Positions 8,090 to 16,367 of a stretch of DNA of 52,858 bases are shown in pieces (position 1 is the stretch's first letter; the number at the start of each line of letters is the position of its first letter). A model generated the notes under the pieces. That model was given only the letters and a program-made list of their open reading frames with translations, was not told the origin of the DNA and did no database searches. A program made the translations under genes and the position numbers. Origin of the DNA: a virus (taxonomy: Duplodnaviria > Caudoviricetes); the IMG/VR virus record IMGVR_UViG_3300032213_003065, positions 1-52,858 of that record. One strand, written 5' to 3'.

Positions 8090-8392
8090 TTAGAGTGAGG
8101 GAAGAGCTAAATACTCATTAGTATCTAAAATAACATTGTTTATAAAGTCTTGTAGTTGTTTTTCTAATTCTCTACTTCTTTCATAACCGTTCTCGTTTCT
8201 TACTTTATGAGTAATTATATCAAAATCATTTCTACTCATATCAAATCTATATTCTTCATCATTGTCAATGATTGAAAATGTAAAATAACCATGTCCTTCT
8301 TCATCATTAAAATCATCTCCTATTGTAAAGATATTTTTAACTTGTAAAATAATTTCTTTTGTTAATAATTTTTTCTTTTCTGTTTTTGTCAT
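8090..8392 (-). CDS. hypothetical protein
   Basis: 100-aa ORF flanked by 27-bp identical promoter repeats (8065-8091, 8413-8439). Confidence 0.75.
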   Translation of the reverse strand: MTKTEKKKLLTKEIILQVKNIFTIGDDFNDEEGHGYFTFSIIDNDEEYRFDMSRNDFDIITHKVRNENGYERSRELEKQLQDFINNVILDTNEYLALPSL

Positions 8393-8454
8393 AACCTTTA
8401 TTTTTAATTTACTTAAATATACGAACTATTTTTTTGATTGGATGGGAGGAAGAT

Positions 8455-8628
8455 TTAATCTTCAACATATACATCTTTTATATCACAAAAAGGAAAAAAT
8501 TTATTAAATACCCTCCTTGCTTCATCTTCACTTTTAGCTGTGTGAGTTGATTTGAATTCTTTTCCTTTATGTTCAGGATTTCCTAATGGGGAATTGGTTG
8601 TGTATATAATTATAAATTCTTTGTTCAT
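8455..8628 (-). CDS. hypothetical protein (57 aa)
   Basis: Manual ORF MNKEFIIIYTTN...AKSEDEARRVF...; A-x-S-x-x-E-A motif common in small phage proteins. Confidence 0.55.
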   Translation of the reverse strand: MNKEFIIIYTTNSPLGNPEHKGKEFKSTHTAKSEDEARRVFNKFFPFCDIKDVYVED

Positions 8629-8632
8629 TGTC

Positions 8633-9067
8633 TTATTTTTTAACTATAATTAAATAACCTTTATCTACTGATTTGAATTGTTCAATTTTCATTCCTTTAA
8701 ACGAATCATCAAAAGATCCTAGATCTAGATGTTCACATAAATAAGGACCACCTGATGGGTCTATCATATCGATTATATTTGGGTTTGAGTAAACTAATTT
8801 ACCATATTTAGAACATATTTCATGTTTTATATAATTACCATTTGTATCATAAAAACCTTCATGAACTAGTTCTTTAAATTTTTCAATTGGAATTTGCTCA
8901 CTTATATCAGTGGTGTCATTTCTATATGCTTCATAAGCATCTTCGTAAACATTTGGATAGCCCATTCTCATATATGTAAAAGGGCCTTTTATTAAGACAT
9001 TACCATCTTCTGTTTTACTAAAGGTAAATATATTACCGTAACGATTTTTATATTCTATTTTACTCAT
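8633..9067 (-). CDS. hypothetical phage protein (NRYG...DPSGGP motif family)
   Basis: 144-aa ORF; KNRYG and MIDPSGGPY motifs. Confidence 0.8.
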   Translation of the reverse strand: MSKIEYKNRYGNIFTFSKTEDGNVLIKGPFTYMRMGYPNVYEDAYEAYRNDTTDISEQIPIEKFKELVHEGFYDTNGNYIKHEICSKYGKLVYSNPNIIDMIDPSGGPYLCEHLDLGSFDDSFKGMKIEQFKSVDKGYLIIVKK

Positions 9068-9106
9068 AACTTATTTATTTTATTTATACTTTAAATATAC
9101 GAAAGA

Positions 9107-9499
9107 TTATTTTAAACAACCGAGAGACTTTAAATATTTTATACATTCTTTTGTATAATATTGTTGTATATCGTTTGCTTCTATTTCTTGAGGATGATCT
9201 TCATATCCGAATTCTTTTAACAAAGAATAATAATAATTCATTTTTTTATGATGGTTCAATTGTAAATGATGTACATATTCATGTATAATAGTTTCAATTA
9301 AATTCTTTACAGATGGAATATTATATGGGAAAAGAACAATAATTCCTACTCTATATTCTCCAAATCTTGTCTTGTATCTTCTATCAAATATTAAATTAAT
9401 TTCAGGACGTTCTTTACTATCAAATTTCAATTCACAAAAATCAATAACCTTTTCAGGTATTACATCTATTAATTCTAAAACTTTTTCTTTTGATGTCAT
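9107..9499 (-). CDS. zincin-like metallopeptidase (HExxH)
   Basis: TIIHEYVHHLQ plus downstream HPQEIEA glutamate. Confidence 0.75.
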   Translation of the reverse strand: MTSKEKVLELIDVIPEKVIDFCELKFDSKERPEINLIFDRRYKTRFGEYRVGIIVLFPYNIPSVKNLIETIIHEYVHHLQLNHHKKMNYYYSLLKEFGYEDHPQEIEANDIQQYYTKECIKYLKSLGCLK

Positions 9500-9752
9500 A
9501 TTTTCTTATTAATACTTAAATATACGAAAATAAAAGTACCTCCCAATGAAGGAAGATACTTTCGGTTTATAATTAGTTTGTTGTCGGCTTACTTATTTTT
9601 TCGATCCCTTACCCAAAATATTAATGTAATAAATGTTATAATTAGTATTGATATTATTTCCTTAATTTTAAATTCCATTATTTTATTTTTAATTTACTTA
9701 AATATACGAATCAAATTTTAAATTACAACAGAGGAAAATATAAATTAATTTA

Positions 9753-10301
9753 TTACTTTATATCTTTTGTAGAATTCATTAAGTTTTTAACATTTTCCCT
9801 ACAAAACCCTTCTTTTTCTCTTGTTATAAATTCATATATTATCCCGGTTAATTCTGAAGGTTTAGTAAATACTTGAACCAGACCAGGACATCTTAATGGT
9901 TCATCTGTTGTAAATTCAACATAACCTAATTCCTTAAGTTCATTCATTTTATCTTCAACCGAATCTACTTGATAAGCTAAGTGATGGATGCCTCCTATGT
10001 TACCTCTTTCCTCTACCCATTTTTCAACAATAGATCCTTGAGAACCATCTGAAATAAAAATTTCAGGTGCCATATGGTAATTTATAAGTTCACCTCCAAA
10101 GTATGTTTCTGTTAACCAAGGATTGTTATTAAGTTGTTCTGGTGGAAGTAATACTAAACATTTAGCATAACTGCCATCTTCAAATTGAATGTCAAATCCA
10201 TCAGGTAAATCCTCAGCAATTCTATAACCAAATGATTTTATAAAAAAATGTGCTGTTTTAAATCTGTCTTTAACTCTGTATGCTATGTGATCTAATCTCA
10301 T
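9753..10301 (-). CDS. VOC-superfamily metalloenzyme resembling the catalytic C-terminal domain of 4-hydroxyphenylpyruvate dioxygenase
   Basis: LDHIA, GGIHHLAY, LVQVFTK, IYEFITR and GF-x3-N motifs give a His/His/Glu metal triad. Confidence 0.7.
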   Translation of the reverse strand: MRLDHIAYRVKDRFKTAHFFIKSFGYRIAEDLPDGFDIQFEDGSYAKCLVLLPPEQLNNNPWLTETYFGGELINYHMAPEIFISDGSQGSIVEKWVEERGNIGGIHHLAYQVDSVEDKMNELKELGYVEFTTDEPLRCPGLVQVFTKPSELTGIIYEFITREKEGFCRENVKNLMNSTKDIK

Positions 10302-10313
10302 AATAAATGTAAT

Positions 10314-11621
10314 TTAATTTGATAAAGGGGCTTTAATTGTTGGGTGTGATTGATAGTTTTCTATAATAAAACAATTAGGTGACCATATATGTAAATTATC
10401 AAGTATAGATATTTTTTTACCAATTGCTGGTTCAAAAATGTTTAGTGTTGGTAATGGATATGGTTCTCTTGTTCTACGAGGTACTCCAAAATCATCTAAA
10501 CAGGACATTTTACCATCATCACTCCAAACTGGAGTGTTTGGAAAATTAGGTAAATTAACTATACCACTACTAAATTCATTTTGTATTTCCTCAGAAACCA
10601 TATTAAGTCGTTCCTCTAATGTATAATCTCTACCAATTTGTTCTTTAGCTTGTTCAATATGGTTAAGATAAAGGTGTGTGTCGCCCAAGTTACCAATCAA
10701 TTCATCAGGAACCATATTCACTTCTCTAGCAATGATTTCTAATAATAAAGCATAACTAGCAATGTTGAATGGTAAACCTAAGAATGTATCTACTGAACGT
10801 TGATTCCACATTAAAGAGATTGCTCTGGTTGGAATGTTTAAGTCACTTAATAAATCATGTCTTTCTACATCATCAGGTCTTTGGTCTATGCCTCCAGTGT
10901 AAATTGGGTTATTAAAAGAGTGTGTATATAAGTCTTGTCTAATTTCTTTATTGATTTTATCTGCCAATAATAATCTTTCTTCCAAACTCAATTCTCTTGT
11001 ATAAACTTGAAATCCATAATGACAAGGTGGAAGAACCATTTGGTCTAATTCACCTACATTCCAAGCATTAACCATTAATCGTCTTGAGTCTGGGTTTGTT
11101 TTTAGGTCGTTGATTAGGTTTGCGATTTGGTCTATTCCCCAAGTATGATTAGGATTTACAGACCAATCTCTCCATTGTGACCCGTAAATTTTTCCTAATT
11201 CACCCCACGTTTTAGCAAATTCATCAATAGTTTTAATTCTTTCAATAAACTCTTCTTTAGTAAACAATCTTTTATCGGGATGTAAATCTAATCTTGTATA
11301 TAACTCAAAATTAACTGGGTCAATTGGATTACCCCAATGTGTTACATATCTCTTATACGCATCACCATCCCAAATGTGACAATTGTTATCAACAAGGAAC
11401 TTAATGTTTGTATCACCACGTAAGAACCATAGTAATTCAGTCACCATTGTCTTCCAAGCCATTTTCTTGGAAGTTAACAATGGAAACCCATCTTTCATGT
11501 TATGCCTAATTTGTCTACCAAATACACTTATAGTCCCAGTTCCTGTTCTATCTGTTTTAGTTACCCCATTATCCAAGATATCTTGAAGTAGTTGTTGATA
11601 TTGTTTATCTAATTTATTCAT
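10314..11621 (-). CDS. thyA: thymidylate synthase with large insertions
   Basis: DRTGTGT, ELLWFLRG, PDSRR, LPPCH (catalytic Cys), QRSVDTFLGLPFNIASY, DTHLY; 435 aa versus ~264 aa typical. Confidence 0.95.
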   Translation of the reverse strand: MNKLDKQYQQLLQDILDNGVTKTDRTGTGTISVFGRQIRHNMKDGFPLLTSKKMAWKTMVTELLWFLRGDTNIKFLVDNNCHIWDGDAYKRYVTHWGNPIDPVNFELYTRLDLHPDKRLFTKEEFIERIKTIDEFAKTWGELGKIYGSQWRDWSVNPNHTWGIDQIANLINDLKTNPDSRRLMVNAWNVGELDQMVLPPCHYGFQVYTRELSLEERLLLADKINKEIRQDLYTHSFNNPIYTGGIDQRPDDVERHDLLSDLNIPTRAISLMWNQRSVDTFLGLPFNIASYALLLEIIAREVNMVPDELIGNLGDTHLYLNHIEQAKEQIGRDYTLEERLNMVSEEIQNEFSSGIVNLPNFPNTPVWSDDGKMSCLDDFGVPRRTREPYPLPTLNIFEPAIGKKISILDNLHIWSPNCFIIENYQSHPTIKAPLSN

Positions 11622-12043
11622 TATTTAATAATTTTTAAATTCATAATCGGATGTATTTCCGTAATATTATGACCTTTATCAAAAACATAAGGACCTTCAA
11701 TTTTTATACTATCACCTTCTTTAGGTAATGTTATTTCATTTTTATAAAACCAACAAATTGGAAATACTGATGGTACAGCACATACAATTTCACCTACCAT
11801 ACATCCATTTTCATCTTTATAGTTATTTTTTACCAATAATGAACTATCACCTATCTTTAATCTTATATGTATATCACCATCAATATCCGATTCAATTTTA
11901 TCCACTTTACCCACTAATACTTTACTACTATCTAATAAAACTAGTCTTTCGGGATGATGAACTCTATTACATGGGCAATCTTTTATCGACACTAAACCTA
12001 ATAAAAATATAATCGATAATGTAACTAATAATGTTGTTTTCAT
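11621..12043 (-). CDS. membrane-anchored or exported OB-fold-like protein
   Basis: N-terminal hydrophobic segment; DGDIHIRL, GEIVC, VFD-GH-x-TEIHPI motifs. Confidence 0.6.
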   Translation of the reverse strand: MKTTLLVTLSIIFLLGLVSIKDCPCNRVHHPERLVLLDSSKVLVGKVDKIESDIDGDIHIRLKIGDSSLLVKNNYKDENGCMVGEIVCAVPSVFPICWFYKNEITLPKEGDSIKIEGPYVFDKGHNITEIHPIMNLKIIK

Positions 12044-12100
12044 ATTATTTATTTTTATAATATAAATATACGAAAAATTATATTAAATCCAAAAGAGGAA

Positions 12101-12295
12101 TTAAATATTTTCCCCAATTTTTTTAATTTTATATCTGTAACCTGAATCAGAATTTACTTCAAATCTAGCTCTCATTTCTTCAGCTTCTTCAACTGTAGTG
12201 TATTCCAATACATCACCATGAGTGTCTAAAATTACAACAGGTAATTCCTTATCTGATTTTTGGTCTTTAATTAGTTTGATGATAATATAACTCAT
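12101..12295 (-). CDS. hypothetical protein (start revised to MSYIIIK)
   Basis: The track ORF 12101..12361 overlaps an upstream gene; ATG at 12295 with an A-rich leader is more plausible. Confidence 0.65.
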   Translation of the reverse strand: MSYIIIKLIKDQKSDKELPVVILDTHGDVLEYTTVEEAEEMRARFEVNSDSGYRYKIKKIGENI

Positions 12296-12297
12296 TT

Positions 12298-12477
12298 TTA
12301 TTTTCTTTTTAATGTTACAATTATAAATGTATCTTGTTGAGTTGATACAACATATCTCCAACCTCTTTTAGTCATGTATTTTACATCACTATCAAATGTT
12401 TGTTCTGTTGTTTGTATATAAATTTCTTTACCTGACCCACAACTATACATTAGTGCTAATAATAATAATTTTTTCAT
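12298..12477 (-). CDS. small putative lipoprotein (59 aa)
   Basis: Manual ORF MKKLLLLALMYSCGSGKE...; lipobox-like Cys after hydrophobic core. Confidence 0.6.
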   Translation of the reverse strand: MKKLLLLALMYSCGSGKEIYIQTTEQTFDSDVKYMTKRGWRYVVSTQQDTFIIVTLKRK

Positions 12478-12540
12478 GATCTTTATTTTAATTTTGTATA
12501 TACGTATTTAGGGAGTGTGGTGGGTATGTGAAGGCAAAAT

Positions 12541-12687
12541 TCAATTTTCTTTTAACCATTTTTTATCTTTTCTTGAATATATTTTTCCATCACCATGATC
12601 TTTTTGGAGCATTTTTCTTCTTATTATTTGAGCTATTTGACCTGCTTCTTTACTTCTTCTTTTATTTTTTACCTTTTTCTTTTTCAT
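12541..12687 (-). CDS. small very basic protein (48 aa)
   Basis: Manual ORF MKKKKVKNKRRSKEAGQIAQIIRRKMLQKDHGDGKIYSRKDKKWLKEN*. Confidence 0.55.
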   Translation of the reverse strand: MKKKKVKNKRRSKEAGQIAQIIRRKMLQKDHGDGKIYSRKDKKWLKEN

Positions 12688-12714
12688 AACTTGAATATAC
12701 GAAGAATTTTTTTG

Positions 12715-13038
12715 TTATTCAATAAGGTCTAATATCCATTCTAAAAAAAATATTCTTTGTGATTCAATACATTCAATCTTACCATTTTTATGATAAATTG
12801 TTTTATAATAATATGTTGGGGTTTTTTGGATTAGAACTCTTTGATTTTTTGTGTATAACATAGTTTCACTATAATTTTCATTACCATCAACCCACATTGC
12901 ATTTACTTTACATAATGTGTCATCAATAACAATGTTTCCTAATCCATTAAATCTCCATTCAACTATGTTTAATTTTAATTTTGGTTTTTGAGAAAATGAA
13001 AATAGAGGTAATAATAAAATTAATATAAACTTTCCCAT
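12715..13038 (-). CDS. exported protein with signal peptide
   Basis: MGKFILILLLPLFSFSQ. Confidence 0.7.
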   Translation of the reverse strand: MGKFILILLLPLFSFSQKPKLKLNIVEWRFNGLGNIVIDDTLCKVNAMWVDGNENYSETMLYTKNQRVLIQKTPTYYYKTIYHKNGKIECIESQRIFFLEWILDLIE

Positions 13039-13057
13039 AAATTTTTTTTAAATAAAT

Positions 13058-13086
13058 AAAGGGTCAATTTCTTGACCCTTTTATTT
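13058..13086. terminator. bidirectional intrinsic terminator
   Basis: AAAGGGTCAA-TTTC-TTGACCCTTT with A/T tails on both sides, after 13104..13322. Confidence 0.75.
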
Positions 13087-13103
13087 GTTGACTTTAGAAT
13101 ATC

Positions 13104-13322
13104 TTATGCTACAGCTCTTTCACTGTTTTTCATTCTACGTCTTGAAATGGTATACATTTCATTAGCTAAAGTTTGAGGAACTGATCTACGACCTGCTAAT
13201 ACATTAGCGATGTGAGATGTTGAATACCCAGTTGATTCACTCAATCTGAATACGTCACCTTGTCTTTTTCGTGCATTAAAAAATGTTAATTTTGCACTTC
13301 TGTTTAATTTTGATTTTGCCAT
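13104..13322 (-). CDS. small basic HTH (XRE/Cro-like) DNA-binding protein
   Basis: RLSESTGYSTSHIANVLAGRR helix-turn-helix pattern. Confidence 0.7.
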   Translation of the reverse strand: MAKSKLNRSAKLTFFNARKRQGDVFRLSESTGYSTSHIANVLAGRRSVPQTLANEMYTISRRRMKNSERAVA

Positions 13323-13387
13323 AATTTATTGGTTTTAATTTTTAATGATATTAATATACGAATGTTTTTTTATAAAGCCAAATGAAC

Positions 13388-13675
13388 TTATCTTTTTCTT
13401 CTTTCTGGTCTTATATAACCTGGGAGGTAATTGATTTGATCTACTACTTGGTCTTGAGGTACTATTTTATTTGAACCAAAATAATATATTGGGCCAAGAT
13501 ATTCTTCATATACAGGGTTGTTTCTGTCTTCAACATTTAAGATACGTCTATTTCCACCCCATGATCTAAATTCATTACATGTTGTTCTGTAAAATACTCC
13601 ATTACTTTCTACTTCAGTACTATAGACCGTATTGAAATCATACTCTAGTTTTTCTAAGTGTCCCTGTTTTTCCAT
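13388..13675 (-). CDS. hypothetical protein
   Basis: 95-aa ORF (EFRSWGGNRRI). Confidence 0.75.
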   Translation of the reverse strand: MEKQGHLEKLEYDFNTVYSTEVESNGVFYRTTCNEFRSWGGNRRILNVEDRNNPVYEEYLGPIYYFGSNKIVPQDQVVDQINYLPGYIRPERRKR

Positions 13676-13679
13676 ATTT

Positions 13680-13919
13680 TTAATTTAAAATTTCGGTTTT
13701 TAATTCTTTCAAGAACATACTTTGTTCAGGTGTCATTTGAAGATTATCTAACATAAAATTGACATTATGATAAGATGATGATTTAGCTAACACCATTAGA
13801 TAATCTAATCTATGTTTTTCCATAACTTCATCTCCTGATGGAATAACTTGGACTTTTAAAAATTGATTAAGATTAACTCTAATCAATTCTTGGGCTTGTT
13901 CTTTAATTGTTGTTTGCAT
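13680..13919 (-). CDS. hypothetical protein
   Basis: 79-aa ORF with own promoter. Confidence 0.7.
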   Translation of the reverse strand: MQTTIKEQAQELIRVNLNQFLKVQVIPSGDEVMEKHRLDYLMVLAKSSSYHNVNFMLDNLQMTPEQSMFLKELKTEILN

Positions 13920-13975
13920 TTGTTAAATTTATACCTTAAATATACGAATAATATTTCTAGAATCCAAATAGGAAT

Positions 13976-14001
13976 AAAAAAGAGGATGCAATGCATCCCC
14001 T
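13976..14001 (-). terminator. intrinsic terminator
   Basis: Minus strand AGGGGATGCA-T-TGCATCCTC followed by T run. Confidence 0.55.
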
Positions 14002-14029
14002 TCAAATATATAAAAAGTAAATTAGTGTA

Positions 14030-14272
14030 TTATGATCCCATTTTATCACCAACATAGTTTTCAAAATCTTCGATAAAATCTTCTTTAGTAAAATCTTTAT
14101 AATCATCAGCATTAGTTTTCATGTCCATTCTTAATGAGTTGATATATGCTTCTACTACATCTTCATCTCCACCATTATCCATTAAAAGATCTTTTAAAAT
14201 CTCAGATGAATATGAAAAATGTTTTTCTTCATTTATAAATTGATTCCATTTTGATTGGTATGTCTCTATCAT
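14030..14272 (-). CDS. hypothetical acidic protein (KWNQFINE N-terminus)
   Basis: 80-aa ORF; N-terminus resembles head-cargo leader peptides. Confidence 0.7.
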   Translation of the reverse strand: MIETYQSKWNQFINEEKHFSYSSEILKDLLMDNGGDEDVVEAYINSLRMDMKTNADDYKDFTKEDFIEDFENYVGDKMGS

Positions 14273-14310
14273 TTTAATTTATTTAATTGTTTATTATAAA
14301 TATACAAAAT

Positions 14311-14601
14311 TTATTTTAGGATACCAAGGGCCTTTGCTCTAGCATATCCAACATATTTACCATTTATTTCATTGAAAAATTGTCTTTTAGTAAGTGGTAA
14401 TTCTGCTTGTTCTTCCTCAAATGATTTATGTTTCTTAACATGTTTCATTTCAACACTTACTGGTCCATTTTGGGTTATTTTACTATTAAAATGCCATATT
14501 TCACTGCTTCCATCCTCTGAAATATATTCTCGAGTGTATTTAATTGGTTTATCTTCTATTGAGATGAGTGCTGGTCTACCTCTTCTTGATTTATTTTCCA
14601 T
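14311..14601 (-). CDS. hypothetical protein with N-terminal AT-hook-like RRGRP (start revised)
   Basis: ATG at 14601 overlaps the stop of the upstream gene; MENKSRRGRP. Confidence 0.7.
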   Translation of the reverse strand: MENKSRRGRPALISIEDKPIKYTREYISEDGSSEIWHFNSKITQNGPVSVEMKHVKKHKSFEEEQAELPLTKRQFFNEINGKYVGYARAKALGILK

Positions 14602-15055
14602 TTTGAACTTCTTTAATATGTTTACAAATTCTATCTTTTGAACGATACACTCCAGGACAATTACATTTATATGTTTTACCTGATAATCTAACAGTATAAA
14701 ATTGTCCAGGTGAAGATGATGATTCAAATTCCCATGTTGTTGGAGATTGTATTGGTTTTGGTTTATTATATACTATAACTCTATTAATAGGATCTATTTT
14801 AATCCATTCAATATCATCCATTGTAGTTTCAAGAATAACTTCTTGATTGGAAGGCAAAATGTATTTTTTACCATTTTCAATATGTAATGTTGGAGGTGTA
14901 GTTGGATGTTCATATGTGTACTTAAATAATTGAACATGAACAAATCCACCATATGCTTTAGGATTATCAACTACAAACTGAGTTGTAGGGCGATGTAATA
15001 TCCTAGTACGAATGTTTCCGTGCTTGTTGCGATGTGCGAACTTAAATAATGCCAT
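14591..15055 (-). CDS. SWIM zinc-finger protein
   Basis: SSS-x4-YTV...CNCPG...CKHI. Confidence 0.8.
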   Translation of the reverse strand: MALFKFAHRNKHGNIRTRILHRPTTQFVVDNPKAYGGFVHVQLFKYTYEHPTTPPTLHIENGKKYILPSNQEVILETTMDDIEWIKIDPINRVIVYNKPKPIQSPTTWEFESSSSPGQFYTVRLSGKTYKCNCPGVYRSKDRICKHIKEVQNGK

Positions 15056-15112
15056 AACCTTTATCTTTTATGCTTAAATATACGAAAGCAAATTTAAAAT
15101 ACCAAGGAGGAA

Positions 15113-15253
15113 TTATCTACCTTGACCTTTATATGTTTTTTTATAGTTTTTGCTTGATGGGTTAGAGCTTGTTTTCTTTTTTGCGTGTATTCCTTTTCCG
15201 TTTACTTTAACTTTTGGGATGAAAGAATTTACTTGTATTTTTGATTTTGCCAT
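15113..15253 (-). CDS. small basic protein ending in YKGQGR (46 aa)
   Basis: Manual ORF MAKSKIQVNSFIPKVKVNGKGIHAKKKTSSNPSSKNYKKTYKGQGR*; preceded by ATATTTATT. Confidence 0.7.
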   Translation of the reverse strand: MAKSKIQVNSFIPKVKVNGKGIHAKKKTSSNPSSKNYKKTYKGQGR

Positions 15254-15280
15254 TTTTTAAGGTTTTTTTGATAATAAATA

Positions 15281-15844
15281 TCAAAATATACCCTTTAGTT
15301 TCTCTTTTTCTATAACCATTTTAATCTTAGCTACATAGTTTTTATCCTCTGCATAACTGGCACTTAAATAATCAAGGTATTCTGATTCTGATTTTATTCC
15401 TCCAAGGTATCTACTTTGATAAAATGCATAATCATATACTGATTGATACCAGTCTTCATAATATGCATGTCCTCTTTCAGTACCTGAGGATGTTGTTATT
15501 CTAACACTAGCTTCTTTCATACCAAATAGATTATGGTTTTCTTTGAATATGGGGCTAGTCCATTTTCTTGTTTCAATAATGGATTGAGCCATTACTATGT
15601 GTGGAAATTTAATGTTTAGTCGTTTTATTTCATTTACTAATTTATCTTTAGTAAATTTTTTCTTTTCAGTTTCAAGATTAACTATTAAAAGCTCGTGTTC
15701 ATATTTATCTAAAGCTTTAAATCGTGCTAATCTTCCTATACTGAAGGAAGTTATTAGTAGAAATACTATTGTTCCGACTAAAATTTTAAAACGAGTTTTA
15801 TTTAATTCTAATCTAAGTGTTTGGGGATTGAATTGATATAACAT
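15281..15844 (-). CDS. GH73 glucosaminidase-family peptidoglycan hydrolase with N-terminal TM helix
   Basis: AQSIIET (catalytic Glu), NLFGMK, YAEDKNY. Confidence 0.85.
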   Translation of the reverse strand: MLYQFNPQTLRLELNKTRFKILVGTIVFLLITSFSIGRLARFKALDKYEHELLIVNLETEKKKFTKDKLVNEIKRLNIKFPHIVMAQSIIETRKWTSPIFKENHNLFGMKEASVRITTSSGTERGHAYYEDWYQSVYDYAFYQSRYLGGIKSESEYLDYLSASYAEDKNYVAKIKMVIEKEKLKGIF

Positions 15845-15897
15845 AACCTTTATTTTTATTTACCCTAAATATACGAATATTAGGATAGGAAACCAAA

Positions 15898-16194
15898 TTA
15901 CTTTTTAAGTTTGGCAATAAGTTGTTGAATTGCATAGCAACCTTCAAAATCTTCATGATATTCATGAACTTTTAAATTTAATTCTAATGTACTTTTAAAA
16001 TCTTCTCGATTGATAGATAGTATAATTACTTCCCCCTTATCTTTAATATAAACCTCAGCAGCTGGGATTATTTCATCTATAGTGTGGATATTTTCAGTTA
16101 TAATCTTTACTATTGCTTTAGATAAATCTAAATTCTTTTCAGCTATAAGATTATTGAATTGTTCTACATTGTTTAATTTGAGTTTATATATCAT
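15898..16194 (-). CDS. hypothetical protein with C-terminal UVR-like helix pair
   Basis: EDFEGCYAIQQLIAKL. Confidence 0.7.
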   Translation of the reverse strand: MIYKLKLNNVEQFNNLIAEKNLDLSKAIVKIITENIHTIDEIIPAAEVYIKDKGEVIILSINREDFKSTLELNLKVHEYHEDFEGCYAIQQLIAKLKK

Positions 16195-16199
16195 AACCT

Positions 16200-16367
16200 T
16201 TAAAATAAATTTAAAAAATCTTTACCTATGTTTTTGTTTTTTAATTTTTCGTTTTTTTCATCCCTTTTTAAGATGTCACTAGCTAATTTTTCAAGATGTT
16301 TTGATTTTATTTTATCATAGTCTCTAACTATGGCATCATGTTTTTTTGATTTTTTGAAATTTTTCAT
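16200..16367 (-). CDS. small basic protein (55 aa)
   Basis: Manual ORF MKNFKKSKKHDAIVRDYD...; ATGA overlap with upstream stop. Confidence 0.55.
   Translation of the reverse strand: MKNFKKSKKHDAIVRDYDKIKSKHLEKLASDILKRDEKNEKLKNKNIGKDFLNLF

Larger units (their letters stand above)
176..9740 (-). promoter_or_regulatory. array of ~25 class-A repeated promoters, consensus (minus strand) TTCCYY-N22-YGTATATTYA
   Basis: + strand TAAATATAC(G) boxes at ~180,456,814,1135,1400,1749,1959,2419,2777,3063,3359,3959,4307,4577,4938,5785,6096,6572,6787,7054,8066,8414,9092,9517,9699; most are followed 22 nt later by GAGGAA/GGGGAA and lie ~15-35 nt upstream of a minus-strand ATG. Confidence 0.85.

Noticed and set aside
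176-9740. CRISPR array or integron attC array
   Set aside because: Repeats are degenerate, non-palindromic and separated by whole genes of 150-800 bp; no cas1/cas2 or integrase; the Cas4-like nuclease is a typical phage replication exonuclease
10314-11621. dCMP hydroxymethylase or other base-modifying ThyA homolog
   Set aside because: It retains the dUMP-specifying Asn (PFNIASY) and the canonical folate-binding motifs of true thymidylate synthase
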